A stretch of 64,000 bases of DNA from Gemmatimonadota bacterium (GCA_041497135.1 JBGQFX010000011.1:5908-69907), one strand, 5' to 3'; shown: positions 17,276 through 28,642, numbered from the stretch's first letter. Notes: a model not told the origin generated them from the sequence alone. Numbers and translations: made by a program.

Positions 17276-17343
17276 CTAGTGCCGTTCCAACTATTCTCGC
17301 CAAGTCATCGGAACGCTGCTTTCGCAAGTTGGAACGGCACTAG
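17276..17343. repeat. 17-bp perfect inverted repeat with a 34-nt spacer
   Basis: CTAGTGCCGTTCCAACT (17276-17292) and AGTTGGAACGGCACTAG (17327-17343). The right arm contains the mnmA stop codon (17340-17342). The sequence is locally AT-richer than its surroundings. Confidence 0.85.
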
Positions 17344-18398
17344 GCGATGAGTCCGCCCCCCAGCAGGCGCCCGGTTTCATCATACAGCACCCCGGACTGC
17401 CCCGGCGTGATGGCCCGCACCGGCCGGGCGAGCTGCAGGCTCAGTCCATCGCCGGTGCGGCTGGCAACGGTTGCCGGAACGGCGGCGGCGCGATAGCGGC
17501 ACTGCACCCACGTGGCGGCGCCGACCTCGAGCGGATCGGCCAGCCAGTTGACGTCCGACAGCGACAGGGCGTGTCCCAACAGCTCATTCCCGGCGCCGAT
17601 CACCACCTCGCGCGTGTCGGGCCGGATGTCCACGACGTACATCGGTCGGGCGAACCCGCCGGGGAGGCCACGCCGCTGGCCGATGGTGTAGCGCGCGAAG
17701 CCGTCGTGCGCGCCGACGACCTCGCCGGTCGTGGTGACGAGCGGGCCCGGAACCAGGGCCGGGGCGTCGGCCGGCAGACGCTGCTCCAGCACGCCGACGT
17801 AATTGCCATCGGGCACGAAGCAGATCTCGACCGACTCCGTCTTTTCCGCCGTCTCGAGGCCCAGGCGCCGGGCCAGGCTCCGCGTCTCGCGCTTGGTGAT
17901 GGCGCCGACCGGCGTGAGCAAGCGGGCGACCACCGCGCGATCGATGCCCCACAGGAAGTAGGTCTGGTCCTTCGCCGGATCGGCGCCGCGGTACAACGCG
18001 CCGTCTCGCGCCACCGCGTAGTGCCCGGTGGCCAGGTAGTCGCAGTCCAGCGCGTCGGCGTGGGACAACAGATCGCGGAACTTCGTGAACGAGTTGCAGT
18101 GCACACAGGGAATCGGCGTACGGCCGCGGGCGTATTCGCGCACGAAGTCGCCGATCACGTCGCGGCCGAAGTTGTCCTCGAGATTGAGCACGTAGTGCGG
18201 GATGCCGAGGCGGTGCGCCACCAGCTGCGCGTCGGTGATCGAATCGAGCGAGCAGCAGGGGCGGTCGGGGACGCTGTCGCCGTAGCAGAATAACTTCAGC
18301 GTGGCGCCGATGACCTCGTACCCATCCTCCACGAGCAACGCCGCGGCGACGCTCGAGTCCACGCCACCCGACATGGCCACCAGCACGCGGGGCTTCAT
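17340..18398 (-). CDS. mnmA: tRNA 2-thiouridine(34) synthase MnmA
   Basis: [22 protein letters not shown] carries the PP-loop SGGxDS motif. ..LKLFCYG.., [11 protein letters not shown] and the conserved C-terminal ..PGQSGVLYD.. are also present. The ATG at 18398 overlaps the upstream stop (ATGA). The track ORF's 196-aa Arg-rich N-terminal extension is rejected. Confidence 0.9.
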   Translation of the reverse strand: MKPRVLVAMSGGVDSSVAAALLVEDGYEVIGATLKLFCYGDSVPDRPCCSLDSITDAQLVAHRLGIPHYVLNLEDNFGRDVIGDFVREYARGRTPIPCVHCNSFTKFRDLLSHADALDCDYLATGHYAVARDGALYRGADPAKDQTYFLWGIDRAVVARLLTPVGAITKRETRSLARRLGLETAEKTESVEICFVPDGNYVGVLEQRLPADAPALVPGPLVTTTGEVVGAHDGFARYTIGQRRGLPGGFARPMYVVDIRPDTREVVIGAGNELLGHALSLSDVNWLADPLEVGAATWVQCRYRAAAVPATVASRTGDGLSLQLARPVRAITPGQSGVLYDETGRLLGGGLIA

Positions 18399-19576
18399 CG
18401 ATGCAACACGGCGGACAAGGACCGTACCTTCTCCACGATTCGCGGCAGAGCCGCTGCCACTGCCTCCACGTCGGCGATCGTGCTCGACCGGCCGAAGGAG
18501 AACCGCAGCGCCGCGAGCCCGAGCTCGTGGGGCACGCCCATCGCGGTCAGCACGTGCGACGGCTCGACCGCGCCCGTGCTGCACGCGGAGCCCGCCGAGC
18601 AGGCGATCCCCGCCAGATCGAGATGCATCAGCATCGCTTCGCTGTCGGTGCCCGGGATCGAGACGTTCAGCACGTGGGGCGCCTGCAACGTGGGCGTCGC
18701 GGCGCCGTGCACCATCGCATCCGGCACGAGGGCTCGGATGCGCCCCGCCAGCTCCTGGCGCAATGCGGCGAGCCGCGTGGCCAGGTCGGCCTGTTCGACG
18801 GCCGCCAGCTCCACGGCGCGACCGAGCGCGATGATGCCCGGTACGTTCTCCGTGCCCGGCCGGATCCCGAACTGCTGACCGCCGCCGTGCTGCAACGCTT
18901 CCACTGCGCGCGGCTCGCGCACGATCAGCGCCCCGATGCCCTTGGGCGCCCCGATCTTGTGACCGGAGATACTGAGCAGGGTGCAACGGACTTCATGCAG
19001 CGAGACAGGAACCTTGCCGAAGGCCTGGACCGCATCACTATGGAAGGTGACGCCGGCGTCTCGACATCGCTGGGCCAGGCGGGCCACCGGCTGCACCGTC
19101 CCCACTTCGTTGTTCACCCACATCACGCTCACGACCGCCACGCCGCGCGCCAGCGCCGCATCCAGGGCGGTTTCGCTCACGATCCCGCCGGCGTCGACCG
19201 GCAGGATGATCGCTTCGCCGCCCAGATGCGTCACCGCGTGCGCCGCGGCGAGCACCGCCTTGTGCTCCGTCGCGGCGACGGCGACCCGGAACGGCCCGCC
19301 GCGATCGCGCGCGGCCAGCGCCGCCCCGATCACCGCGAGATTGTCGGCCTCGGTGCCGCCCGATGTGAAGATCACCTGGTTCGGCTCGGCGCCCACCGCC
19401 TGCGCGATCGTCCGCTTGGCCTGCTCGACGCCCGCCCGCGCCGCGCGCCCGAACCGGTGCGCGGAGGACGGATTCCCGAACGCCTCGTCCCCGAGCGTGG
19501 GGAGCATGGCCTCCAGCACCTCGGGCCGTACGGGCGTAGTGGCGGCGTGATCGAGATAGGTGACGCGCGTCGTCAT
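18395..19576 (-). CDS. Cysteine desulfurase (NifS/IscS family, class-V PLP)
   Basis: [36 protein letters not shown] (PLP Lys) and the active-site loop SAGSACSTG. It is translationally coupled to mnmA, an arrangement known from the Bacillus YrvO-MnmA pair. Confidence 0.9.
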   Translation of the reverse strand: MTTRVTYLDHAATTPVRPEVLEAMLPTLGDEAFGNPSSAHRFGRAARAGVEQAKRTIAQAVGAEPNQVIFTSGGTEADNLAVIGAALAARDRGGPFRVAVAATEHKAVLAAAHAVTHLGGEAIILPVDAGGIVSETALDAALARGVAVVSVMWVNNEVGTVQPVARLAQRCRDAGVTFHSDAVQAFGKVPVSLHEVRCTLLSISGHKIGAPKGIGALIVREPRAVEALQHGGGQQFGIRPGTENVPGIIALGRAVELAAVEQADLATRLAALRQELAGRIRALVPDAMVHGAATPTLQAPHVLNVSIPGTDSEAMLMHLDLAGIACSAGSACSTGAVEPSHVLTAMGVPHELGLAALRFSFGRSSTIADVEAVAAALPRIVEKVRSLSAVLHR

Positions 19577-19594
19577 CGTGGGGAGAATCTAGGT

Positions 19595-20335
19595 TTACAG
19601 GCTCGACACGCCAAGCTGTAGCACGTCATCCACGGCGACGGTTTCGTGCGTGAAATACGGCTCGCCGTACGCGGCGCGGATCAGCGAGCCGTAGTGGGCC
19701 GACTGCACCCGGATCAGCTCGTAGAGGTCCTGGCCGGTGGGGAAGATCTCCCCTGCCGCCTTGGCGCCGTCGAACTGGGAGGCGTAGCACCGGATCGCCG
19801 CCATCTTGGCCTCGAAGCTGTCGGAGATGTCCACCACGAACGACGGCTTCACCGGCTCTTCGCGGTACGCGAGTGCGAACAGCAGCTTGAACGGCCGGTG
19901 CGGCTCGACACCGGGGGACGGCGCGTACTTCGCGAGGCCGGCCAGATAGCAGGCGTCGCGCCCCAGCTCGGAGGCGACGCGATGGTCGGGGTGCCGGCCG
20001 ACGGGGAAGGGCAGGATCACGACGCGCGGGCGCAGCTCGCGCACCAGGCGCACGATCCGCTCGCGCGACGGCTCGTCGTTGGCGAGATGGGCGTCCGGCA
20101 GGCCGGCATTCAGCCGCACCGCGACTCCCAGGGTGCGGGCGGCGCGCTCCGCCTCGGCAGCACGCAGCTCGGCGGAGCCGCGCGTGCCGGACTCGCCCTG
20201 CGTCAGATCGAGGATCCCGACGCGATGCCCCGCGCGCGCCGCCTTGGCGAGCGTGCCGCCGCACGTGAGCTCGACGTCGTCGCGGTGGGCGGCAATGGCG
20301 AGAAGATCGACCGCGTCGTGTCGCAGTTCCATCAT
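19595..20335 (-). CDS. bshB1: PIG-L/LmbE-family deacetylase, BshB1-like (bacillithiol biosynthesis)
   Basis: VDLLAIAAHRDDVELTCGGTLAKAARAGHRVGILDLTQGESGTRGSAELRAAEAERAARTLG matches the BshB1/LmbE N-terminal AHPDDxE pattern. The start ATGATG overlaps the upstream permease stop. The rest of the track ORF (to 21247) is an out-of-frame shadow. Confidence 0.7.
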   Translation of the reverse strand: MMELRHDAVDLLAIAAHRDDVELTCGGTLAKAARAGHRVGILDLTQGESGTRGSAELRAAEAERAARTLGVAVRLNAGLPDAHLANDEPSRERIVRLVRELRPRVVILPFPVGRHPDHRVASELGRDACYLAGLAKYAPSPGVEPHRPFKLLFALAYREEPVKPSFVVDISDSFEAKMAAIRCYASQFDGAKAAGEIFPTGQDLYELIRVQSAHYGSLIRAAYGEPYFTHETVAVDDVLQLGVSSL

Positions 20336-21573
20336 TCGTAGCGCAGCGCTTCGATCGGATCGAGGCGCGCCGCGCGCGTCGCCGGCATCACGCCGAATAT
20401 CAGTCCGATGACGACCGAGACGAGGCAGGCGACCACCGCGCTCCAGATCGGCACGCCCGAACCGGTCCGCAGGAACGCCTTCAGCACCTCGCCCATGCCG
20501 AGGCCGACGAGCACGCCGATCAGCCCGCCCGCCAGCGTGAGTGTCGACGCCTCCACCAGGAACTGCCACAGGATCTCGCGCCGGGTGGCCCCCAGCGCCT
20601 TGCGCACGCCGATCTCCCGCGTTCGGTCGGTGACCGACACCATCATGATCGCCATCACCCCGATGCCGCCCACCATCAGGGCCACCGACGACAGCGCCAG
20701 CATCACGAGGAAGAACACGCCCGTGAGCTGGTTGAAGATGTCGAGGATCTGATCCTGCGTGATCATGTCGAAGCTGCTCGGGTCGGCGGGCCGCAGGCCG
20801 CGCATGCGTCGCAGCTGCACCGTGACGGCGTCCATCGCCTGGCTCACCGTCACCGCGTCGCGCGGCTTCACCACGATCCACAAGGCGTTCGTCTCGTCGT
20901 AGCGGAAGGAGCGGCGCGCCGTCTCGAACGGCAGGATCGCTCCGATCTCCTGCGAGGGCGCCTGAAAGATGTTCTGCGGATTCTGGTACAGGCCGATCAC
21001 CTTCAGCGACTTTCCGGCGACGCGCACGAACCGCCCGAGCGGATCGATGCGGCCGAACAGCTTCTCGGCTGGTTTTTCCTCCAGCACGATGACGGCCGCT
21101 CCCGAATTCTCTTCGGCCGTCGTGAAGAACCGGCCGCGCAACAGCTGCCCGCCCTGGATCTCCATGTAGTGCGCGTCGGCCCCGAACTCGGTCATGATCT
21201 GGGTGCGGGCGCCCTCGAACTCCATGCGCTGAAACAGCTGCACCCACATGCCGGAGTAACGGATCTCGGGCAGCGTGGCGATCGCCTGCGCTTCCTCGGG
21301 TTTCACGACCGGCCGGATGCGGACCTCCCGCGGCAGGGCGTCGGGGTTGAGCGGAGTCTGAGAGAAGATGCGCACCACGTAGAACGTGGTCGGTCCCGCG
21401 ACCTCGATCGTGGTGATGATCTGATCGCGGATGCCCTGGACGATGGACGCCATCGCCATCACGGTGGCGACGCCGATCACGACGCCCAGCATGGTGAGCC
21501 CCGAACGCAGCTTGTTGGCGCGCAGCTGGTCGAGCGCGATGCCGAACCCTTCGGAGAGGGAGTGGAGCTTCAC
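20332..21573 (-). CDS. ABC transporter permease, MacB/FtsX type, subtype A (copy 3)
   Basis: 413 aa. N-terminal TM GIALDQLRANKLRSGLTMLGVVIGVATVMAM, a large periplasmic domain and a C-terminal FtsX 3-TM module with TREIGVRKALGATRREI. It ends ..RAARLDPIEALRYE. The GTG start overlaps the upstream stop (GTGA). Confidence 0.9.
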   Translation of the reverse strand: MKLHSLSEGFGIALDQLRANKLRSGLTMLGVVIGVATVMAMASIVQGIRDQIITTIEVAGPTTFYVVRIFSQTPLNPDALPREVRIRPVVKPEEAQAIATLPEIRYSGMWVQLFQRMEFEGARTQIMTEFGADAHYMEIQGGQLLRGRFFTTAEENSGAAVIVLEEKPAEKLFGRIDPLGRFVRVAGKSLKVIGLYQNPQNIFQAPSQEIGAILPFETARRSFRYDETNALWIVVKPRDAVTVSQAMDAVTVQLRRMRGLRPADPSSFDMITQDQILDIFNQLTGVFFLVMLALSSVALMVGGIGVMAIMMVSVTDRTREIGVRKALGATRREILWQFLVEASTLTLAGGLIGVLVGLGMGEVLKAFLRTGSGVPIWSAVVACLVSVVIGLIFGVMPATRAARLDPIEALRYE

Positions 21574-22817
21574 TCCGCCCTCAGCGCGACCACCGGGTCC
21601 AGCCGTGCTGCCCGGGCCGCCGGATACACCCCGAACAGGATCCCGACGCCGGCGCCGAGCGAGATGGCCACCAGCACCGACCAGAGCGTGACCCGTGCGG
21701 GCAGCGGGGTGGCGGCGTTGATCAGGGCCGCGAGACCGGCGCCGGCGCCGAGACCGAGCAGGCCGCCCACCAGCGAGAGCGTCACCGCCTCCGCCATGAA
21801 CTGGCGCAGGATGTCGCGACGGCGAGCGCCCAGCGACTTGCGCACGCCGATCTCACGGGTGCGCTCGTTTACGCTCATCAGCATGATGTTCATGATCACG
21901 ATGCCGCCGACCACGATCCCGATCGCCACCACCGCGGGGATCACCGTGAACAGGATGCGCGTCAGGCTCTTCCAGAACGACACCAGCGCGTCGGCCGTGT
22001 CCACCGTGAAGTCGTTGGGCGCGTTCGGTCGCAGCCGGTGGGCGATCCGCATCGCCTCTTCGGCCCGCTGCATGCCGCCCGCCACCGAGAGGGCGTCGCG
22101 CATCTTCACCGAGATCACCGTGGTCTGACGCCGGCCGTACATCGTCTCGAACGTCGTGAGCGGGAGCATCACGAACCCGTCCCACGAGTTGCCGAGCACG
22201 GTGCCTTTCTTGGCGATCACGCCCTTCACCGTGAGCTGCTCGCCCCGCACGCGGATCCGCTGTCCCACGGCGAGCGCCACCGTGCCGTCGAACAGCTTGT
22301 CGGCGACGTCGTAGCCCAGCATCGCGACCAGGCGCCGCTCCCGCACGTCGGTGTCGGTGAGCGGCTCGCCGGCCGCGAACTGGTAGTCCTGCACGATCTG
22401 AAACGGGGCCGTCACCCCGAACACAAACGCGTCGCCCACGGTGCGGTTGCGCCACTCCACGTCGGCCTGGGGCGTGGGCCACCCCGACTGCAGCGAGATC
22501 GCCTTCGCATCCGGCAAGGCCCGCTGCACGTACGGCACGTCTTCGGGCGCGATGATCGGGCGGCGCTGGATGGTGCGCCATTCTTCGTCGTCGATCAGGC
22601 CGATGGCGATCGGGGTACGCCGCACCTGGAACGCGTTCACGCCGACGATCGCCCCGCCGATGCGGTCGCGCACGTACGCGTTCATGCCCTGGATCACGGC
22701 GACGACCGCGACCAGGAACGCCACCGACACGATGATCCCCACCAGCGTGAAAAACGAGCGCAGCTTGTGGCTCCACGCGGCCCGGAGGGCCTGCAGGATG
22801 GCTTCGGTGACTTGCAT
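21570..22817 (-). CDS. ABC transporter permease, MacB/FtsX type, subtype B (copy 3)
   Basis: 415 aa. N-terminus AILQALRAAWSHKLRSFFTLVGIIVSVAFLVAVVAV. FtsX motif TREIGVRKSLGARRRDI. It ends ..RAARLDPVVALRAE. Confidence 0.9.
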   Translation of the reverse strand: MQVTEAILQALRAAWSHKLRSFFTLVGIIVSVAFLVAVVAVIQGMNAYVRDRIGGAIVGVNAFQVRRTPIAIGLIDDEEWRTIQRRPIIAPEDVPYVQRALPDAKAISLQSGWPTPQADVEWRNRTVGDAFVFGVTAPFQIVQDYQFAAGEPLTDTDVRERRLVAMLGYDVADKLFDGTVALAVGQRIRVRGEQLTVKGVIAKKGTVLGNSWDGFVMLPLTTFETMYGRRQTTVISVKMRDALSVAGGMQRAEEAMRIAHRLRPNAPNDFTVDTADALVSFWKSLTRILFTVIPAVVAIGIVVGGIVIMNIMLMSVNERTREIGVRKSLGARRRDILRQFMAEAVTLSLVGGLLGLGAGAGLAALINAATPLPARVTLWSVLVAISLGAGVGILFGVYPAARAARLDPVVALRAE

Positions 22818-22840
22818 GGAACGGGAAAACTAATCGGGGT

Positions 22841-22944
22841 GTGCGCGGTACGCGGTGCGCGGTTTTCTTCCGGTCAGGACTTGAGATCCGGTGACGCAGG
22901 CACGGCCAGGGACGGGAGAATACCGCGCACCGCGCACTGCGCAC
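22841..22944. repeat. Imperfect 23-bp inverted repeat (21/23) with a 58-nt spacer, in the only sizeable gap of the permease array
   Basis: GTGCGCGGTACGCGGTGCGCGGT (22841-22863) against ACCGCGCACCGCGCACTGCGCAC (22922-22944). The reverse complement of the right arm differs from the left arm at 2 positions. It lies within the 128-nt gap 22818-22945. Confidence 0.8.
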
Positions 22945-22945
22945 C

Positions 22946-24181
22946 TTACTCGTATCGCAAGGCCTCTACCGGATCGAGGCGCGCCGCCCGGCTGGCGGGA
23001 TACAGCCCGAACCCCACGCCCGTGAACGCGGACGCGGCGAGGGCGGCGACCACCGACCACAGGGGGACGTGCGCGGGGATCGGGGTGACGCGGGACAGCA
23101 GGAACGCGATGCCGCCGCCGGCCAGCATGCCGGCGGCGCCGCCGACCAGAGTCAGCGTGGACGCTTCGACCAGGAACTGCCACAGGATGGCCCGCCGCGT
23201 GGCGCCGAGCGCCTTGCGCACCCCGATCTCGCGCGTGCGCTCGGTGACCGAGATCATCATGATCGCCACCACCCCCACGCCGCCCACCATCAGCCCGATC
23301 GACGACAACACCATCATCACCAGGAAGAACATCCCGGTGATCTGATTCCACGACTCGAGCAGCTTGTCCTGGGTGACGATCGAAAAGGTGTTCTCCTGGT
23401 CGGGCTTGAGCTCTCGGAGCGAGCGCAGCGTCGCGGTCACCTCATCCATCGCCTGCTGCTGTGTGAAGCCGGGCGCAGGCGATACGGCGAGCCGCATCCA
23501 TCCCTTGAAGTAGGGCACGTACTTCACGAACGCCCCGTGGGGGATACCGGCGAACGGCGGTGAGGCGCCGCTGAACAGGTTGGGCGGCGGCGTGTACACG
23601 CCGATCACCGTGAAGGGCACCCCCGCCACCTTCACCACCTGTCCCAGTGGATCACGGCCGCGGAACAACTGGGCCTCGAGCTTCTTGTTGATCACGACCA
23701 CCGGGCTGTTGGCGAGATCCTCCATCCGGGTGAAGCTGCGCCCGGGAGACACGTCGCCGCCGTTCACCTCCACCCACTGCGACGAGAGCCCGGCCACGTT
23801 CACCGACCCGAGCCGCAGGTCGCCGAATTCGATTTCGGCCTCGCTCTCCTCGCGCCGCGTCACGTAGCGCACGCTCGGCAGCTGGGCGATGCGGTCCGCC
23901 TCGATCTCGCGGATCGGCGGGTTGCGGCGCCACGGCGAATTCTCGTCGGAGCCGTCGTCGATGGTCACGCCGGCCTGAAACACGCGCCACACCAGAAACG
24001 TGCGCGGCGCGATCTGTTCGAACGTGGTGGCGACGCTCTGATTGATCCCGCTGATCATGGCGGCGATCACCATCACGACCATCACGCCGATCGCCACCCC
24101 CAGGATGGTGAGCGCGGCGCGCGCCTTGTTGGCGCGCAGCGAGTCGAGCGCGATGCCGACGCCCTCCAGGAGCGGCGTCAC
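22946..24181 (-). CDS. ABC transporter permease, MacB/FtsX type, subtype A (copy 2)
   Basis: The GTG start at 24181 overlaps the upstream stop (GTGA) and gives VTPLLEGVGIALDSLRANKARAALTILGVAIGV, collinear with the start of paralog 25432 (MTPMLEGAGIALASLRAHKARAALTILGVAIGV). It ends ..RAARLDPVEALRYE. The 38-aa Arg-rich extension in the track ORF is rejected. Confidence 0.9.
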   Translation of the reverse strand: MTPLLEGVGIALDSLRANKARAALTILGVAIGVMVVMVIAAMISGINQSVATTFEQIAPRTFLVWRVFQAGVTIDDGSDENSPWRRNPPIREIEADRIAQLPSVRYVTRREESEAEIEFGDLRLGSVNVAGLSSQWVEVNGGDVSPGRSFTRMEDLANSPVVVINKKLEAQLFRGRDPLGQVVKVAGVPFTVIGVYTPPPNLFSGASPPFAGIPHGAFVKYVPYFKGWMRLAVSPAPGFTQQQAMDEVTATLRSLRELKPDQENTFSIVTQDKLLESWNQITGMFFLVMMVLSSIGLMVGGVGVVAIMMISVTERTREIGVRKALGATRRAILWQFLVEASTLTLVGGAAGMLAGGGIAFLLSRVTPIPAHVPLWSVVAALAASAFTGVGFGLYPASRAARLDPVEALRYE

Positions 24182-25422
24182 GTTTCCTGCCGCAGCGCGA
24201 CGATCGGATCGAGTCGCGCGGCGCGGCTGGCCGGGTAGACGCCCGCGAGGATCCCGACTCCCGCGCCCAGCACGACGCCGAGCCCGATGGACCACGGGGC
24301 CACGCTGGTGGGCAGGGAGGTGGTGGCCGCGACCAGTCCCGCGAGTCCGAGCCCGCTCGCCACTCCGGCCGCCGCCCCCACCGTGGACAGCGTCGTGGCT
24401 TCGACCAGGAACTGGCGCAGGATGTCGCGCCGCCGGGCGCCCAGCGACTTCCGGATCCCGATCTCGCGCGTCCGCTCCGCTACCGCCATCAGCATGATGT
24501 TCATGATCACGATGCCGCCCACCACGAGCGAGATGGCCACGAGCCCGGGCAGCGCCAGGAACAGCACGCGGCTGATCTTGCTCCAGAAGTCCAGCACTTC
24601 GTCGGCCGTCTCGAGTGCGAAGTCATCCTCGGCGCGGGGCCGGAGATGATGGCGGCTGCGCATGATCCCCTCGGCCTGCGCCAACGCCTCGCGCATTTCC
24701 GCCTGGGACGCGGCTTTGACCACGAGCGCGTCCACGACGCGCGGCGGATTGACCCAGCGTTTCAGGTCGGCGGTCGCCGGAGCGACCGCGAATTTGTCGA
24801 GCGACATGCCGAACAGGTTGCCCTGCTTTTCGACCACGCCGATCACGCGGTAGGGGAGGTCGAAGATCTTCAGCTCGCGGCCGATCGGGTCCTGGCCCTC
24901 GAACAGCTTCGCCGCGAGCTCGTGCCCCAGCACCACCACGGGCGTGCCGACCTGGACCTCCTGCAGCGTGAATGGGCGACCGAGCTCGATGACGAACGAG
25001 CGGATCGCGAAGTACTGCTCGGTCGCCGCGGTCACCTGCACGAGCTTGGCCTGCTTCCCGCCGGCCGAGAGGGTGGCGCTCGTGCTCGACTCCCACGCCG
25101 AAATCGCCGGCACCGTGAGGCCGCGCGCCACGGCCACGCCATCCTCGTAGGAGATGCGGGGTCGCCGCCGCCAGACGCGCCACGTCGAGTCGGTCACGTT
25201 GCCGAGCTGCACGTCGGGGAATTGTCGCAACCGAAACGTGTTCACACCGAGGATCGTGCCCGCGAACTTGTCGGTCATGTAGCGGTTCATTCCCTGGACG
25301 ACCGACACCACGGCGATGAGGAACATCACGCCGATGAAGACGCCGATGATGGAAAAGGCGCTCTTCAGCTTCTGCGTGCGGAGCGTCTGCAGGGCGAGGC
25401 GGATCGCCTCGAAGAACGGCAT
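24178..25422 (-). CDS. ABC transporter permease, MacB/FtsX type, subtype B (copy 2)
   Basis: 414 aa. MPFFEAIRLALQTLRTQKLKSAFSIIGVFIGVMFLIAVVSV, then TREIGIRKSLGARRRDI. It ends ..RAARLDPIVALRQET. Confidence 0.9.
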   Translation of the reverse strand: MPFFEAIRLALQTLRTQKLKSAFSIIGVFIGVMFLIAVVSVVQGMNRYMTDKFAGTILGVNTFRLRQFPDVQLGNVTDSTWRVWRRRPRISYEDGVAVARGLTVPAISAWESSTSATLSAGGKQAKLVQVTAATEQYFAIRSFVIELGRPFTLQEVQVGTPVVVLGHELAAKLFEGQDPIGRELKIFDLPYRVIGVVEKQGNLFGMSLDKFAVAPATADLKRWVNPPRVVDALVVKAASQAEMREALAQAEGIMRSRHHLRPRAEDDFALETADEVLDFWSKISRVLFLALPGLVAISLVVGGIVIMNIMLMAVAERTREIGIRKSLGARRRDILRQFLVEATTLSTVGAAAGVASGLGLAGLVAATTSLPTSVAPWSIGLGVVLGAGVGILAGVYPASRAARLDPIVALRQET

Positions 25423-25431
25423 GACGGCAAC

Positions 25432-26667
<1,236 letters not shown>

Positions 26668-26670
26668 GGG

Positions 26671-27909
26671 CTACTCCTGGCGCAGGGCCACGATCGGGTC
26701 GAGTCGGGCGGCACGGCTGGCCGGGTACACGCCGGCCAGCACGCCGACGCCACCGCCCACGACGACACCCAACAGAATCGACACGGGCGACACCGTCGCC
26801 GGAAGCGGCGTGGCGGCGTTGAGCAGCACTGAGAGGAGTATCCCCGCGCAGATTCCGAAAACGGCTCCGACCGTCGCGATCGTCACCGATTCCGCGAGGA
26901 ACTGACGCAGGATGTCGCGGCGCCGGGCGCCCAGGGACTTCCGGATCCCGATTTCGCGCGTCCGCTCCGCCACGGCCATCAACATGATGTTCATGATCAC
27001 AATGCCGCCCACCACGAGGGCCACGCCCACCAGACCGGGTCCGACTGCGTACAGGATGCGGCTGAGCTTCTTCCAGAAGTCGAGCACCCCCTCCGAGGTC
27101 ATCATGGCGAAATTGTCATCCTGGCGCGGCCGCAAATGGCGGCGACTTCGCATGATCGCCTCGGCCTCGTCCATCCCCTGGCGCATCTCGGCCGGGGAGT
27201 TCGCTTTCACGATCAGGGCGTCCACCACGCCCGGCGGGTTCACCTCGCGCTGGATCGGCGACAGGGCAGGGGCGACAACGAACTTGTCGAGCGAGATGCC
27301 GAGCAGGTTACCCTGGCGCTCCACCACGCCGATCACGCGGTACGGGATGCCGTGAATCCGCACCGTGCGATCGAGCGGGTTGGCGCTGCCGAACAGCTTG
27401 TCAGCGAGGTCGTACCCCAGGACGACCACCCCGGCGCCGGCCTTCGATTCCTGCGCGCTGAACGGGCGGCCGCTCTCGATCTTGAGATTCATGATGTCGA
27501 AGTAGCGCTCGGTGGCGCCTTCGAGCGTGATGTCCTTGGCGACCTTGCCGTTGAACTCTACCGGGCCCCGGTCCTCGGAATACCACGCGGTGATCACCGG
27601 TATGGTCAGTCCCGCCGCCACCGCTTCGGCATCCGCGAACTTGATGCGCGGGCGCCGGCGCCAGGCGCGCCACGTGGAGTCGTCCACATCGAAGTTCACG
27701 TTCGGGGCGCGCCGCAGGTGGAACGTGTTCACCCCCACCAGGGTGCCGGCGAACTTCTCCGTCATGTACGTGTTCATGCCGTTCACGATCGACCAGGCGC
27801 CGATCAGGAAGGAGACCCCGATGAACACGCCGATCAGGGCGAAACCGCTCTTGAGCTTCTGGGCCCGGAGCTGCAGGAAGGCGAGTCGGATCGCCTCGAA
27901 CGGCCGCAC
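26671..27909 (-). CDS. ABC transporter permease, MacB/FtsX type, subtype B (copy 1)
   Basis: 412 aa. The GTG start is 1 nt after the ATPase stop. MRPFEAIRLAFLQLRAQKLKSGFALIGVFIGVSFLIGAWSI. The motif DSTWRAWRRRPRI is shared with 24178 (DSTWRVWRRRPRI). It ends ..RAARLDPIVALRQE. Confidence 0.9.
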   Translation of the reverse strand: MRPFEAIRLAFLQLRAQKLKSGFALIGVFIGVSFLIGAWSIVNGMNTYMTEKFAGTLVGVNTFHLRRAPNVNFDVDDSTWRAWRRRPRIKFADAEAVAAGLTIPVITAWYSEDRGPVEFNGKVAKDITLEGATERYFDIMNLKIESGRPFSAQESKAGAGVVVLGYDLADKLFGSANPLDRTVRIHGIPYRVIGVVERQGNLLGISLDKFVVAPALSPIQREVNPPGVVDALIVKANSPAEMRQGMDEAEAIMRSRRHLRPRQDDNFAMMTSEGVLDFWKKLSRILYAVGPGLVGVALVVGGIVIMNIMLMAVAERTREIGIRKSLGARRRDILRQFLAESVTIATVGAVFGICAGILLSVLLNAATPLPATVSPVSILLGVVVGGGVGVLAGVYPASRAARLDPIVALRQE

Positions 27910-27910
27910 G

Positions 27911-28642
27911 CTAGGCGGCTTTCCGCTGGTCCGTCGCCACCAGGCCGTCGCGCAGCGTCACCACCCGTGCGGCGTGCGCCGCGATCTCCGCCTCGTGCGT
28001 GACCATGACGACGGTCTGCCCCTGACCGTGCAGCTCACCGAAGACACCCATGATCTCCTGGCTCGTGGTCGAGTCGAGGTTTCCCGTCGGCTCATCGGCC
28101 AGCAGGATGCTGGGGTCGTTGACGAGGGCGCGCGCGATCGCCACGCGCTGGCGCTGGCCGCCGGACAGCTCGTTGGGCTTGTGGTCCATGCGATCGCCCA
28201 GCCCCACCCGCGTCAACGTGTGGGCGGCGCGCTCGCGCCGGCCGCGGGCGCCAATGCCGGCGTAGATCAACGGCAGCTCGACGTTGTGCAGTGCCGACGC
28301 GCGCGGCAGCAGGTTGAACGTCTGAAACACGAAGCCGATTTCCTTGTTGCGGATTCGGGCCAGCTCGTCGTCGGACAGATCCGAGACCTTCTGCGTGTTG
28401 AGCCAGTACTCTCCGGCCGTCGGTGTGTCGAGACACCCGATCAGGTTCATCAGCGTGGATTTCCCAGAGCCCGAGGGACCCATCACGGCCACGTACTCGT
28501 TGCGCCGGATCTGCAGATCGACGCCGCGCAACGCGCGCACGACTTCCGATCCCATGTCGTAGTCGCGGGTCAGCTTGTGGGTCAGGATGATGATGTCGGG
28601 CAGCGGCGTGTCGCCGGTGCGGAACTCCTGCGCGCGGCTCAT
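27911..28642 (-). CDS. ABC transporter ATP-binding protein (MacB/LolD-type NBD)
   Basis: Walker [14 protein letters not shown]-loop [10 protein letters not shown], signature [15 protein letters not shown], Walker [13 protein letters not shown] and H-loop VMVTHE. The ATG overlaps the adaptor stop (ATGA). Confidence 0.95.
   Translation of the reverse strand: MSRAQEFRTGDTPLPDIIILTHKLTRDYDMGSEVVRALRGVDLQIRRNEYVAVMGPSGSGKSTLMNLIGCLDTPTAGEYWLNTQKVSDLSDDELARIRNKEIGFVFQTFNLLPRASALHNVELPLIYAGIGARGRRERAAHTLTRVGLGDRMDHKPNELSGGQRQRVAIARALVNDPSILLADEPTGNLDSTTSQEIMGVFGELHGQGQTVVMVTHEAEIAAHAARVVTLRDGLVATDQRKAA

Noticed and set aside
18401-19621. 406-aa plus-strand ORF opposite the cysteine desulfurase (also 17571..18293 opposite mnmA)
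   Set aside because: The minus frames carry canonical NifS/IscS and MnmA motifs.
22038-23345. 435-aa plus-strand ORF, plus the 363-aa minus-strand ORF at 21853..22944
   Set aside because: They overlap permease genes in other frames or on the other strand and have a shadow-ORF composition. The 21853..22944 ORF would also run through the structured spacer.
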